From the NCBI GenBank assembly GCA_026986575.1, contig JALSOH010000004.1, positions 64,001 through 128,000 on the forward strand: a stretch of DNA of 64,000 bases, read 5' to 3'. Shown here piece by piece: positions 1 to 10,045 of this stretch (positions are counted from its first letter, which is position 1; the number at the start of each line of letters is the position of its first letter). The notes beneath the pieces are model-generated. The model was given only the letters and a program-made list of their open reading frames with translations. It had not been told where the DNA came from and ran no database searches. This DNA is from Thermoproteota archaeon (lineage in GTDB: Archaea; Korarchaeota; Korarchaeia; Korarchaeales; Korarchaeaceae). A program made the translations under genes and the position numbers.

Positions 1-101
1 TAGGCGTAATAGCCAGCGAATGCGACGATTATTAGAATTAAAAAAAGATCGAAGGCGTTAACGCCAAAGATCTTGCCGCTTTTCCTGTCTATTAGCCTCA
101 T
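1..101 (-). CDS. Partial (5' end) membrane-anchored protein, DUF4330-like N-terminus
   Basis: Not in ORF track; ATG at 101 reads MRLIDRKSGKIFGVNAFDLFLILIIVAFAGYYA off the window edge, 9 nt after the thermosome stop. Confidence 0.6.
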   Translation of the reverse strand, partial: MRLIDRKSGKIFGVNAFDLFLILIIVAFAGYYA

Positions 102-110
102 CCCGCGTTT

Positions 111-1772
111 TCAGTCGAACTCAGATTTAAACTCACTGCCGCCCTCCTCTTCTCCTTCCTCGCCCTTACCTTTACCCTTCTCCTCGTAAGGCTTCGCCGC
201 GATTATGTCGTCGGTCTTGATTATCAGTATAGCAGTCTCAGTAGCAGCAGCTATGGCGTTCTTGACTCCTCTGTAGGTGTCGACCACGCCCAGCTCCTTC
301 ATGTCGGCGATCTTGCTGTTCACCGCATCTATTCCGACGAATATGTTCCCGGACTTGTGGGCGTTCCTTATCTCCACTAACGCATCCACGGCATCCATTC
401 CGGAGTTCTCAGCAAGTATCCTAGGTATGCTCTCCAACGCGTTGGCGAAGGCCTCCATGGCTAGCTGCTCCTTGCTCTTCTCGGTGTGAGCGTAGTCCTT
501 CAGCCTGAGGGCCAGCTCGGCCTGTATGGAGCCGCCTCCGTAGAACACCTTGCCGTCCTCCACGACGTTCCTCACCACATACAGAGCGTCCTTCAGGCCC
601 CTCTCGGCCTCATCCAGTATGGTATCGGCGCCCGCCCTGAGGAGTATGGTCACGGCCTTGGGGTTCTCGCACTCCTGTATGAAGATCATTCTATCATCTC
701 CTATCTTCCTCTCCTCGACCAGGCCGGCGTGACCCAGCTCGGCCTCAGTGAGGTCGTCCAAGTTGTTCACTATCTTTCCACCGGTTGCCTTCTCTATCCT
801 CTGCATGTCCTTCTCGCTGACCCTCCTCACGGCCATTATGCCGTGCTTCGCTAGGAAGTGCTGGGCCACCTCATCTATGCCCTTTTGGCAGAACACCACG
901 TTCGCTCCGGTGGCAGCTATCTTCTCCACCTTCTCCCTGAGTATCCTAGTCTCCTGCTCTATGAACTCCCTGAGCTCCTGAGGCGAGGATATCTGGATCT
1001 CCAAGTCAATCTCGGGCTTCTTTATCTCCAAGGAGAGGTTGAGTATTGCTATCTTGGCGTCCTTCACCCTCTTGGGCATGTCCCTGTGTACTACCTCCTT
1101 ATCGAGAACGACGCCCCTTATGAACTCGGTATCAGAGAGGCTCCCTCCCTTCTTCTTGACTATCTTGACGTTGTCTATGTCTACATATCTCTTGTCCCCT
1201 TTCCTCTCCTCAACAGCCTTGACAGCCTTGACGGCAATCTCGGCCAGCTTCTTCTTCTCGGCACTTATGAGCTTGCTGCTCATGGCGGTCTCAGCCACCT
1301 TCTTCAGCCACTCCTCGTCGTCTGGATTGACCTCTATGGCCAGCTTCTCCAGCTCCTGCTCCACGAACTTGAGGGCCTTCTCATATCCATCTATTATGAT
1401 AGTCGGATGTATGTCCTTCTGGAGGAGGTTCTCGGCCTCAGTGAGGAGCTCCCCGGCTAGCACAACGCTGGTGGTGGTGCCGTCACCTACCTCCTTATCC
1501 TGAGCCTTGGCCAGATTGACCATAAGCTTCGCAGCGGGATGGGCTACCTCCATCTCCTGCAGAATGGTGGCTCCGTCGTTGCTTATGGTGATGTCCCCCA
1601 AGGAGTCGACTATCATCTTATCCATTCCCTTGGGCCCTAGGGTGGTCTTCACGGCATCCGCTATCGCGCGAGCGGCCATTATGTTTATCCTCCTAGCCTC
1701 CTCACCCCGGGTCCTAGTGGTTCCCTCCTTCAGTATCAGGACGGGTCTTCCTCCTATAGTCGCTAGGGCCAT
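111..1772 (-). CDS. thsA: Thermosome (group II chaperonin) subunit
   Basis: TLGPKGMDKM, NDGATIL, GDGTTT motifs; GAGGTGA RBS upstream. Confidence 0.97.
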   Translation of the reverse strand: MALATIGGRPVLILKEGTTRTRGEEARRINIMAARAIADAVKTTLGPKGMDKMIVDSLGDITISNDGATILQEMEVAHPAAKLMVNLAKAQDKEVGDGTTTSVVLAGELLTEAENLLQKDIHPTIIIDGYEKALKFVEQELEKLAIEVNPDDEEWLKKVAETAMSSKLISAEKKKLAEIAVKAVKAVEERKGDKRYVDIDNVKIVKKKGGSLSDTEFIRGVVLDKEVVHRDMPKRVKDAKIAILNLSLEIKKPEIDLEIQISSPQELREFIEQETRILREKVEKIAATGANVVFCQKGIDEVAQHFLAKHGIMAVRRVSEKDMQRIEKATGGKIVNNLDDLTEAELGHAGLVEERKIGDDRMIFIQECENPKAVTILLRAGADTILDEAERGLKDALYVVRNVVEDGKVFYGGGSIQAELALRLKDYAHTEKSKEQLAMEAFANALESIPRILAENSGMDAVDALVEIRNAHKSGNIFVGIDAVNSKIADMKELGVVDTYRGVKNAIAAATETAILIIKTDDIIAAKPYEEKGKGKGEEGEEEGGSEFKSEFD

Positions 1773-1897
1773 CAACAATCACCTCCTGTGCTATGCGACT
1801 TTACACTTGCCAAATACAGGCATGAGTCATGAACAACCATGAGTTATAAAAATTACCACATCCCGTAGAAAACAAAGGAGTGAAGAGAGGGCCCAGT

Positions 1898-2713
1898 ATG
1901 GTGAGAGTGGGGATAATAGGGGGCAGTGGTATTTACAGGTTGTTGGAGAATCCAGTAAGGAGGGTACTGAGCACTCCCTTCGGTGAAGCAACAGTCTTCC
2001 TAGGGGAGTTCGGAGGGGAGGAGATAGCTTTCATACCCCGACACGGTGAGAAGCACGAGATCCCTCCCTTCAAAGTCAATTACAGAGCTAATCTCTACGC
2101 TCTGAACCTGTTAGGAGTTGAGAGGATCATGGCTACAAATGCTGTCGGGGCGATCAACCCGGAACTGGCTCCTGGGACCTTTGTCATTCCTGATGACTTC
2201 ATAGATTTAACTAAATGTAGGGAAGTAACGTTCTATGATGGAAAAACAATTCTCAAAGTAAGGGGCAGAGAAGTGGGGGGTGTGGTCCACGTATCCATGA
2301 CCCCCTATACCTACTGCCCGGAGATAAGGGGTGCATTAAAGGAGGCAGCTCAGGAGCTGGATTTGGAGATCGTAGACAGAGGTGTTTACGTATGCGCAGA
2401 GGGAAACCGGTTTGAGACACCAGCTGAGATAAGGGCTATGAGGATATTGGGCGGTGACATAGTCGGAATGACTGGATGCCCCGAAGCCGCGCTCGCTAGG
2501 GAGTTGGCCATGTGTTACGCTAGCATCTCCGTGGTGACTAACTATGCTGCTGGTGTCGGCGGCAGAGTCAAACTCACGCATGAAGAGGTCCTAGAGACAT
2601 TCTCCAAGAGGATAAAAGATCTTTCAGAGATCCTCAAGAGGGCAGTAGGGAAGATACCGGTCAAGAGGTCCTGTCCGTGCGGTGAAGCATTGGACGAGTT
2701 CCTCGGTAAATGA
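1898..2713 (+). CDS. mtnP: S-methyl-5'-thioadenosine/inosine phosphorylase
   Basis: GIIGGSG, PRHG, RFETPAEI, VGMT motifs. Confidence 0.92.
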   Translation: MVRVGIIGGSGIYRLLENPVRRVLSTPFGEATVFLGEFGGEEIAFIPRHGEKHEIPPFKVNYRANLYALNLLGVERIMATNAVGAINPELAPGTFVIPDDFIDLTKCREVTFYDGKTILKVRGREVGGVVHVSMTPYTYCPEIRGALKEAAQELDLEIVDRGVYVCAEGNRFETPAEIRAMRILGGDIVGMTGCPEAALARELAMCYASISVVTNYAAGVGGRVKLTHEEVLETFSKRIKDLSEILKRAVGKIPVKRSCPCGEALDEFLGK

Positions 2714-2821
2714 TTGTCAATATTTTTGACTAAATATGACGCGCGTGTAGTTCATACTATATGGATTTTTAATTTCTCACTGGCCGGGTTCCGAGATCAG
2801 GGGAACCACGAGGTGGCACTC

Positions 2822-4030
2822 TTGAGGACGAGAAAGGTCTTGACGCTGGACGATCTCTCTCTGGATGGCAAGAAGGTCTTTCTAAGGGCCGATATGAATG
2901 TCCCCATCGGGGAGAATGGGGAGATCATGAACAACGAGAAGATCAAGCAGGCCGCGAAGACCCTCAAGGAGCTCATAGAGAGGGGATCCTCCGTGGTTAT
3001 CGGTACCCATCAGGGGAGACCCGGAAGTAGCGACTTCATAAGCACAGAACCTCACGCACAGGAGCTCAGCAAGGAGGTAGGTCTAGAGGTTAGATATGTA
3101 GATGGCGTCATATCCAAGGAGATAAGGGAGCAGATAAAGAAGCTAGAGCAAGGTGAGGTCCTCCTACTAGAGAACCTGAGGTTCATGGCGGAGGAGAACA
3201 TAGAGGGGGATCCTCGGGATCTCATCAAGACGCACTTCGTCCAGAGACTCGCGCCTCTCTTCAATATATACATCAATGACGCCTTCCAAGCGGCACACAG
3301 GAGTCAGCCATCTCTGGTCGCGTTCCCTTACTTGATGCCAGCCGCGGCCGGAAGGAACATGCAGAAGATGATAGCTGAGATGGCGGAGATCGATGCGATT
3401 AGGGGAAGGAGGATCTTCATACTGGGGGGCGCCAAGGTCAGCGATAAGCTGAAGGTCATGGTCCACGCCATAAGGAACGGGAAGGCAGCGGAGGTCCTGA
3501 CCGGCGGGCTCCTCGGTATCATTATCGCTCATGCGGCGGGCCACAAGCTCAATGGAGATCTTAAGAAGATAAGGGACTTGGACCTCCTCCTGCCCGCTGC
3601 TAGGGAGATACTTAGGCTGGGGGAGGGGAGGGTCTTCTACCCTGTGGACTTCGTCGTGAAGATGAGGGACGGCAGCTTGGAAAATGTGCCGGTTTACGCT
3701 GTGCCGGAGGACGGCAAGATAATAGATATAGGCTCGGGTACGATAGAGATATACAAGGAGAGATTGAAGGGAGCTGATTTGGCTGTGGCTAACGGGCCTA
3801 TGGGCATCTTTGAGAGGCCAGAGTCCCGGAGGGGTACTCTGGAGATAGTCAAGGCCATGGAGAAGTACGCCAAGGAGTCCGTACTCTGCGGCGGGCACCT
3901 CAGTACCGCAGCTAACATGGCTGGAATAAAGGGTAGCAGGGTTTACACGGCTGGTGGGGCCGTGCTCTACGGGCTAGCAGGCCTCCCCCTGCCAGCAGTA
4001 GATGCTCTCAGGGAGAGTAGTAGGAGATGA
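2822..4030 (+). CDS. pgk: Phosphoglycerate kinase
   Basis: RADMNVP, HQGRP, LLENLRF, NDAFxAAHR, GGAKVSDK, NGPMGIFE; TTG start chosen after GAGGTGG. Confidence 0.93.
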   Translation: MRTRKVLTLDDLSLDGKKVFLRADMNVPIGENGEIMNNEKIKQAAKTLKELIERGSSVVIGTHQGRPGSSDFISTEPHAQELSKEVGLEVRYVDGVISKEIREQIKKLEQGEVLLLENLRFMAEENIEGDPRDLIKTHFVQRLAPLFNIYINDAFQAAHRSQPSLVAFPYLMPAAAGRNMQKMIAEMAEIDAIRGRRIFILGGAKVSDKLKVMVHAIRNGKAAEVLTGGLLGIIIAHAAGHKLNGDLKKIRDLDLLLPAAREILRLGEGRVFYPVDFVVKMRDGSLENVPVYAVPEDGKIIDIGSGTIEIYKERLKGADLAVANGPMGIFERPESRRGTLEIVKAMEKYAKESVLCGGHLSTAANMAGIKGSRVYTAGGAVLYGLAGLPLPAVDALRESSRR

Positions 4031-4782
4031 TGAGAGTAGGGATAGTGGGCCATGATCCCTACACTATTCCCATTGCTGATTGTCTGGAGAGGCAGCCGGA
4101 CATTAAGGTAATTGGCGCCTATAACCACGATATAACTCCTTTCTCTCGACCGATTTCTAAAAGGCTGAATATTTACTGCAGTGAATCCAGCTTGGAGCTC
4201 TTCAAGGAGATGGGGATAAAGGTATCCGGTTTCTTGGACGACTTCATAGAGGGGACCGATGCCTTCTTGGAGTATAGTGTAAAGGAGTACTCCGTGAGAA
4301 TCTCCTACGGCAGCTCAGGTATGATTGTAAAGCCCTACGAAGTACTGCTGGAGAGGTTATCTTTAGGTCTTCCCCTTCAGGACATCTCCATGGAGGAGAT
4401 ACGTGACGAACTTTTTTGCTGCCCGTACTTCAGGGCGTTTCGTTTAACTGTGAAGTTGAGAGACGATCTAAGCTTGGGAGAGGTTAGAGAATCTCTCCTC
4501 AGGTCTTCCAGAGTGGTGGGCATCTCCGGCCGAGATCTATACCTGCAGGATCTGTGCGCCTTCCTCCCGGTATCCTTCCCTCACTCCATCTTCTCCGTGA
4601 ATGCCCTCCTCAGCTCAGTGAAGGTGGCGGGGGAGGAGGTTGAGATGATCTCCCTGCTGGGATACCTGCTCCCCTTACCGGAGGTTGTGGATACCCTGAG
4701 GGAGTCGGAAGGTGTTAAGAGGGAGTTCTCCCGGTCGATGACCGATGAATACCTAAGTATTAAAGGCGGGCTGATCATCTAG
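4027..4782 (+). CDS. Degenerate archaeal (type II) GAPDH-like protein lacking catalytic motifs
   Basis: N-term RVGIVG..ADCLERQPDIKVIG and C-term PEVVDTLR..SRSMTD resemble archaeal GAPDH; coupled to pgk; no GxGxxG or SCNT. Confidence 0.6.
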   Translation: MMRVGIVGHDPYTIPIADCLERQPDIKVIGAYNHDITPFSRPISKRLNIYCSESSLELFKEMGIKVSGFLDDFIEGTDAFLEYSVKEYSVRISYGSSGMIVKPYEVLLERLSLGLPLQDISMEEIRDELFCCPYFRAFRLTVKLRDDLSLGEVRESLLRSSRVVGISGRDLYLQDLCAFLPVSFPHSIFSVNALLSSVKVAGEEVEMISLLGYLLPLPEVVDTLRESEGVKREFSRSMTDEYLSIKGGLII

Positions 4783-4804
4783 AGTGTGAGAGGAGGGGAT
4801 CTCC

Positions 4805-6796
4805 TTGGAGGAAATGCAGGAACGTAGTCCAACTGGAGGTGCGTTCACCTTCAGGTCTATAACTCTCTCCTTGGCCTTCGGCTTGTTCATGCTCTTCGCT
4901 CAGACGGTCATGAGGAGCGCGGCCGGTTACAGCTGGACCGGCGAGGCCGCTCTGGTGGTACTCACCGTGGCCTACGCCCTCTCCACTGTGAAGGGCAATC
5001 CCTTGTCTATCGGGGAAATGGGCGTCATATTCGGGTCCATAGAGGTCATCACCGTGCTGTTCGTTGGTTGGCAGTACATTCTGCCCTCTTGGGCCAGAGC
5101 TGGACTCGCTAAAGATTTCCCTTTGAGAGGAATACTGCCTGAGTTCTTAGTTCCCAAGGATCAGGAGGCCCTAAGAGCTCTACTGTTAGGTGGGAGGGTC
5201 AACTGGTCTGCTTGGATACTCCCCCTGACCTACGCCGTTCTCTTCGCTGTAATCCTGTCCCTATTCTCCTACCTTAACATCATACCCTTCAGGAGATTTT
5301 ACTTGGAGAAGGAGAAGCTGATCTTTCCAGTGGCCACGGTCAGCGCCAAGTTCTCTCAACTGGTTAAGGAGAGAAGAGGGGGTCTCAGGTGGCTGTGGCT
5401 CGGCGTATTGGCTGGATTCAGCATCAGCCTCTTCCAGAAGGGACACCTGCTCCAAGCAATATGGGAGGACTTCCCGGCTGCCGAGCTAAGGATCGATCTA
5501 ACACCTTGGCTCCAGCAGTTCTTCCCAGGAGGAGCCTTTGGCATGGATCCTGGGACTCAGATAACCCCAGATCTGCTGGCATGGGCGTTTCTCATACCCC
5601 TAGAGATTCAGGTGTCCATGTGGGCAACGGCCATCGTGGCCTTCCTCTTGGTTCCTCCCATCCTAGTGAGAATGGGTCTCCTGCCGTACGAACCAGGTCA
5701 CGATTTCGCTTTTTACTCCTCAAATGCTGCAGTGAACGGCCCTCTTCCGTGGTACCACATATCAACGGGTCTCTACCTAGCTGTGGGACTCATCCCCCTT
5801 ATACTCGGGTATAGGTACATCAGGGACAGTTGGAGGGCTTGGGAGGACGAGCCTCTAACGAGGAAGTGGCTCGTGATCGGATGGCTGCTCACCTTCGGCG
5901 CCAGTACTCTCATGATAATGGTTCTGGGGGTAAGCCCGCTCATAGCCTTGGTGCTCGTTATCCTACACCTCATGTACTGGCACGGCTACGTTTGGACGAT
6001 AGGAATGGGCAACTGGATAATCCCCGTGGATTTGGGTATCAGGGGTATCGTGGACAACGCGTTCTTCGCTTCAGGCATGTTCCAGCGCGCCTCCTCGGAT
6101 GCGTTCTTCTCAGGTGCGGCCTCAGCTATGATGACCGACGCGGCGTCGGCTCAACCCACTGCCTCGGCGGAGAGCTTCAAATACGCTAAGTCCATAGGGA
6201 TGAGGGCTAGGGAGATGTTCAAAGCCCAGCTCATGGGACTACTATTTGGGGCGGTGGTGGGAGGCGTCTTGCTGCTGGTGTCGTTCCACGCATGGGGAGC
6301 GGCGAAGAAGCCCCTAGACATGGCCTCTCCCATCTATCCGAATGTGGGTCTCCTCTCAGTGATGGGCGATTTAGCTGGATGGAAGCTGGAGTACTTCTTG
6401 GAGGGTCTTGCAATAGGGGCTATCGTCTTCCTGCTGAAGGGAGGCATACCTTGGCTCGGTATAAGCGCCGTTGGAGTGCTGTTCGGTCTCTTGATACCCC
6501 AGTACGCCATCCTCTACATGATATCCAGCCTGTTCAGATATCTGACGAGGAGATATGGAGGCCAAGAGTTCTTCTGGGAGACTGCAGTCCCCTTCGTGGC
6601 GGGATTCGCCATAGGAGGAGTCCTCAACGTCATGGGGACGAGCTTAGTGGTGATTATGAGGTCGAGCCCGCTCGAGCCCCTGGCCAGCATAGTCGGCGTG
6701 ATCATCCTGCTGACTGTGATCCTACCCTCCATTAGGGCCTACATGTCCTTCTCGCGTAAGGGGATTGAGGAGGAAATCGGGGAGGTGAGTGATTGA
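4805..6796 (+). CDS. OPT-like oligopeptide transporter family polytopic membrane protein
   Basis: 663 aa, many TM segments, TFRSI..G N-terminus and EKLIFPVA motif typical of OPT-related proteins. Confidence 0.65.
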   Translation: MEEMQERSPTGGAFTFRSITLSLAFGLFMLFAQTVMRSAAGYSWTGEAALVVLTVAYALSTVKGNPLSIGEMGVIFGSIEVITVLFVGWQYILPSWARAGLAKDFPLRGILPEFLVPKDQEALRALLLGGRVNWSAWILPLTYAVLFAVILSLFSYLNIIPFRRFYLEKEKLIFPVATVSAKFSQLVKERRGGLRWLWLGVLAGFSISLFQKGHLLQAIWEDFPAAELRIDLTPWLQQFFPGGAFGMDPGTQITPDLLAWAFLIPLEIQVSMWATAIVAFLLVPPILVRMGLLPYEPGHDFAFYSSNAAVNGPLPWYHISTGLYLAVGLIPLILGYRYIRDSWRAWEDEPLTRKWLVIGWLLTFGASTLMIMVLGVSPLIALVLVILHLMYWHGYVWTIGMGNWIIPVDLGIRGIVDNAFFASGMFQRASSDAFFSGAASAMMTDAASAQPTASAESFKYAKSIGMRAREMFKAQLMGLLFGAVVGGVLLLVSFHAWGAAKKPLDMASPIYPNVGLLSVMGDLAGWKLEYFLEGLAIGAIVFLLKGGIPWLGISAVGVLFGLLIPQYAILYMISSLFRYLTRRYGGQEFFWETAVPFVAGFAIGGVLNVMGTSLVVIMRSSPLEPLASIVGVIILLTVILPSIRAYMSFSRKGIEEEIGEVSD

Positions 6797-8136
6797 CCCT
6801 CATATTCACACCCCTCGGCATAAGGGGGATTTTTGGAGATGGCATTGACTCGGCTGTAGTTGAGAGGATAGCTAACATCTTCGGTAGAGAGCTAGGAGAG
6901 GGAAGTTTGGTGGTCGTCGGGCGGGATACCAGGCCTAGCGGATACGTACTGGACAAGGCGGTCGTCTCGGGCCTGCTTTCGGCGGGGGTCAATGTGCTCA
7001 ACATAGGCATAGCCCCTACCCCAACGATAGAGTGGGCCGTCGAGAGGTATGATGCGGATGGTGGAATCATCATATCGGCCAGTCATAACCCCCCTGAATG
7101 GAACGCCTTGAAGCTGATAGGGAAGAAGGGGCTGCTCCTCCATCCGGACGAAATGGAGAGGCTCAAGGATAGGTTCGAGAAGGAGGAATTCAGGTCGGTT
7201 CCTTGGAGCGATATAGGTATGGAGGAGGTCGTCGACGTAACTGGGGACTACTTGGAGGACCTGCTGAACTTTGTGAACATCGATGCGATCTCGGAAGCGG
7301 GTTTTAAGGTAGTACTGGACGTTAACGGAGGCGCCGGTGCTTACGTCACGCCCTACCTCCTCCAATCGCTGGGATGTAAGGTCAACACGCTGAACTCCTC
7401 GCCCGGAATATTCGTCAGGGAGATGGAACCTAGGCCCGATACTCTCCAAGACCTGTCCAAGGTCGTCGTATCTACAGGAGCGGATGTGGGTTTCGCCCAT
7501 GATACCGACGCCGACAGGCTTACCCTCGTAACCGAAGAGGGAGAGGTGCTCTCCGAGGACATCACCCTCGCGCTGGTCGTCGATTATATCCTGGAGAAGA
7601 GAGGCAGAGGTTCCCTCGTGGTGAACGTAGCTTCCTCCAAGATGTTCGATGATATTGCGAGGAAGAGGGGGGCTAAGATATACAGGACCCCTGTAGGCGA
7701 GGCCTACGTGGCTCACAAGATGAGGGAGATCGGTGCCACGGTGGGCGGCGAGGGGAGCTGCGGAGGGGTCATACTGCCCGACTTCCACATGGGAAGGGAT
7801 GGTCCTCTCGCCGCGGCGCTCATACTTGAGATAATGGCCTCCAAGGGGAGGAGCATAAGCGAACTTGTCTCTGAGCTCCCTAAGTATCACACGATAAGGG
7901 CTAACTTCCCGAGAAGGAGGGATTGGGATTCGCTGAAGAGGGACCTCATATCCCTCGGTGAGAGGAGGGGCATGGAGATCGATCTGACTGACGGGGTCCG
8001 ACTCTCCGACTTGGAAGTCTGGGGGCTGATCCGTCCCTCCAAGACCGAACCTAAGATAAGGGTCCTTGTGGAATCGGACGATCGCTCCAAAGCTGAGGAG
8101 TTCTTGAGAGAAGTGAAGAGGGTCGTAGCTGTGTGA
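6793..8136 (+). CDS. glmM: Phosphohexomutase (phosphoglucosamine mutase / PMM-PGM)
   Basis: GRDTRPSG, SASHNP, DTDADR, GGEGSCG, RPSKTEPK. Confidence 0.9.
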   Translation: MTLIFTPLGIRGIFGDGIDSAVVERIANIFGRELGEGSLVVVGRDTRPSGYVLDKAVVSGLLSAGVNVLNIGIAPTPTIEWAVERYDADGGIIISASHNPPEWNALKLIGKKGLLLHPDEMERLKDRFEKEEFRSVPWSDIGMEEVVDVTGDYLEDLLNFVNIDAISEAGFKVVLDVNGGAGAYVTPYLLQSLGCKVNTLNSSPGIFVREMEPRPDTLQDLSKVVVSTGADVGFAHDTDADRLTLVTEEGEVLSEDITLALVVDYILEKRGRGSLVVNVASSKMFDDIARKRGAKIYRTPVGEAYVAHKMREIGATVGGEGSCGGVILPDFHMGRDGPLAAALILEIMASKGRSISELVSELPKYHTIRANFPRRRDWDSLKRDLISLGERRGMEIDLTDGVRLSDLEVWGLIRPSKTEPKIRVLVESDDRSKAEEFLREVKRVVAV

Positions 8137-8140
8137 ACGA

Positions 8141-8632
8141 TCAGTCCTTCCCTTTCTTCTTCCCCTTCTTATCTTTGGAGGACTTGCCAGATCCTCCCTT
8201 AGGGATGACCAGCTTTCCAGTTATCTTGTCGGAGAACCTCTTCCAAGCTGATCCCAAGCCGCTGAGGGCTATTATCATGAAAGATAGTGCCGTGAAGGGC
8301 GCGTCCGGGTAGCCCACGAATATGGCCGATATGAAGCCCACTAGGGGTATCATCAGGCCGGAGTAGTAGGCAGCCTTCCTGTACAGAGCTCCTAACTCGC
8401 TCTCATTCAGATTCTCTGAGAACACTATCCTCCTCACGTATCTGTCGGACATTATGAAGAGGAAGAGGGCTATCACCATGAACAGGACACTCAGCATGGC
8501 TCCCAGTTCCCTACTCACTAGAGTGATCCTCAAGGATAGGAAGGTCGCTAGGAATACCATGAGAGCCGGGATAACCGCCATCCAAGCGGTGAATTCCCTG
8601 TAACCATTCAGAGCGGATTCGATCGGTTTCAT
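8141..8632 (-). CDS. Hypothetical 4-TM membrane protein with basic C-tail
   Basis: 163-aa ORF filling an intergenic gap, with hydrophobic helices. Confidence 0.7.
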   Translation of the reverse strand: MKPIESALNGYREFTAWMAVIPALMVFLATFLSLRITLVSRELGAMLSVLFMVIALFLFIMSDRYVRRIVFSENLNESELGALYRKAAYYSGLMIPLVGFISAIFVGYPDAPFTALSFMIIALSGLGSAWKRFSDKITGKLVIPKGGSGKSSKDKKGKKKGKD

Positions 8633-8724
8633 GTTCGGCCCTCAGATTCGAGGGTTACGTTTAGGTTTAAAAATGCGCACAGTCATGGACCGGTAGAGAT
8701 ACCCGTAGGTGATAGGGTGATAAG

Positions 8725-9993
8725 ATGGCCGAGAAGGAGCACGTGAACCTGATCTTCGTGGGACACGTCGACCACGGAAAGTCGACGCTGATAGGGAGGA
8801 TGTTCTTCGATCTCCAGCTAGTGGAGGAGCTTCCTCCCGAGGAGCAGGCAGCTGACGCCCAGTTCGCTTGGCTCGTGGATAGGCTCAAGGAGGAGCGAGA
8901 GAGGGGTATGACCATCGACCTCTTCCATACCAAGATCGAGACGCCCCATAAGATGATAACCATTATAGACGCCCCTGGACACAGGGACTTCGTCAAGAAC
9001 ATGATCACCGGAGCCAGCCAGGCCGACGCCGCTATACTCGTGGTCTCCGCCAAGTCGGGAGAGGGCGTCCAGGCCCAGACCATAGAGCACGTCTTCCTGA
9101 TCAAGACATTGGGAGTTAACCAGCTCGCCGTCGCCATATCCAAGATGGACGATCCGACCGTGAACTACAGTAAGGAGAGGTTCGAGGAGGTCAAGGCTCA
9201 GGTGGCTGAGCTCCTCAGGAAGGTGGGATACGACCCCGACAAGATACAGTTCATCCCTGTGAGCGGTCTGAAGGGAGATAACGTGGTCAGGAAGAGCGAG
9301 AATATGCCTTGGTACAACGGTCCGACTCTCTATGAGGTGCTCGATACGTTCTCCGCGCCGCCCAAGCCGGTGGACAAGCCCCTCAGGATACCCATACAGG
9401 ATGTGTTCTCCATAACCGGAGTCGGTACCGTCGTGGTAGGTAGGGTGGAGACCGGCGTGATCAAGCCTGGCGACAGCATAATCATAGAGCCCCTCGGCAA
9501 GACCGCGGAGGTCAAGAGCATAGAGATGCACCACGAGAAGCTCGACAAGGCCGAGCCCGGTGACAACATAGGGATAAACATCAAAGGCATCGATAAGAAG
9601 GAGATCAAGAGGGGAGACGTTATAGGTCACCCTGACAACCCGCCCACCGTCGCCAAGGAGTTCACCGCCCAGATAGTGGTGCTGCAGCACCCGACCGCCA
9701 TAGCTCCAGGTTACACGCCCGTTATACACGCTCACACCGGACACATGGCATGCAAGATGGTGTCCATAGAGAAGAAGATCGATCCGAGGAGCGGTCAGGT
9801 CATCGAGGAGAATCCGAGCTTCATAAGGAGGGGAGAGGCTGCCATAGTGAAGTTCCAGCCGCTGAAACCCTTCGTGATAGAGAAGTATAGCGACTTCCCG
9901 CCGCTCGGTAGGTTCGCGGTCAGGGACATGGGTATGACCGTCGCTGCTGGCATAGTGCTCGACGTGGTTCCGATGGAGAGGAAGAAGAAGTAA
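8725..9993 (+). CDS. tuf: Translation elongation factor EF-1alpha
   Basis: [41 protein letters not shown]. Confidence 0.98.
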   Translation: MAEKEHVNLIFVGHVDHGKSTLIGRMFFDLQLVEELPPEEQAADAQFAWLVDRLKEERERGMTIDLFHTKIETPHKMITIIDAPGHRDFVKNMITGASQADAAILVVSAKSGEGVQAQTIEHVFLIKTLGVNQLAVAISKMDDPTVNYSKERFEEVKAQVAELLRKVGYDPDKIQFIPVSGLKGDNVVRKSENMPWYNGPTLYEVLDTFSAPPKPVDKPLRIPIQDVFSITGVGTVVVGRVETGVIKPGDSIIIEPLGKTAEVKSIEMHHEKLDKAEPGDNIGINIKGIDKKEIKRGDVIGHPDNPPTVAKEFTAQIVVLQHPTAIAPGYTPVIHAHTGHMACKMVSIEKKIDPRSGQVIEENPSFIRRGEAAIVKFQPLKPFVIEKYSDFPPLGRFAVRDMGMTVAAGIVLDVVPMERKKK

Positions 9994-10045
9994 ACCCTCC
10001 ATCATTTTTATTTAGCAGTGAGATGTCCCGGTGAGTGGTGGTAAA

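Noticed and set aside
2714-2821. N-terminal extension of PGK
   Set aside because: AT-rich promoter-like sequence; RBS and homology begin near 2822
8818-10005. Long antisense ORFs (395 aa opposite tuf; 332 aa opposite glmM; 259 aa opposite rtcB; many shorter)
   Set aside because: Shadow frames of well-supported genes; no recognisable motifs
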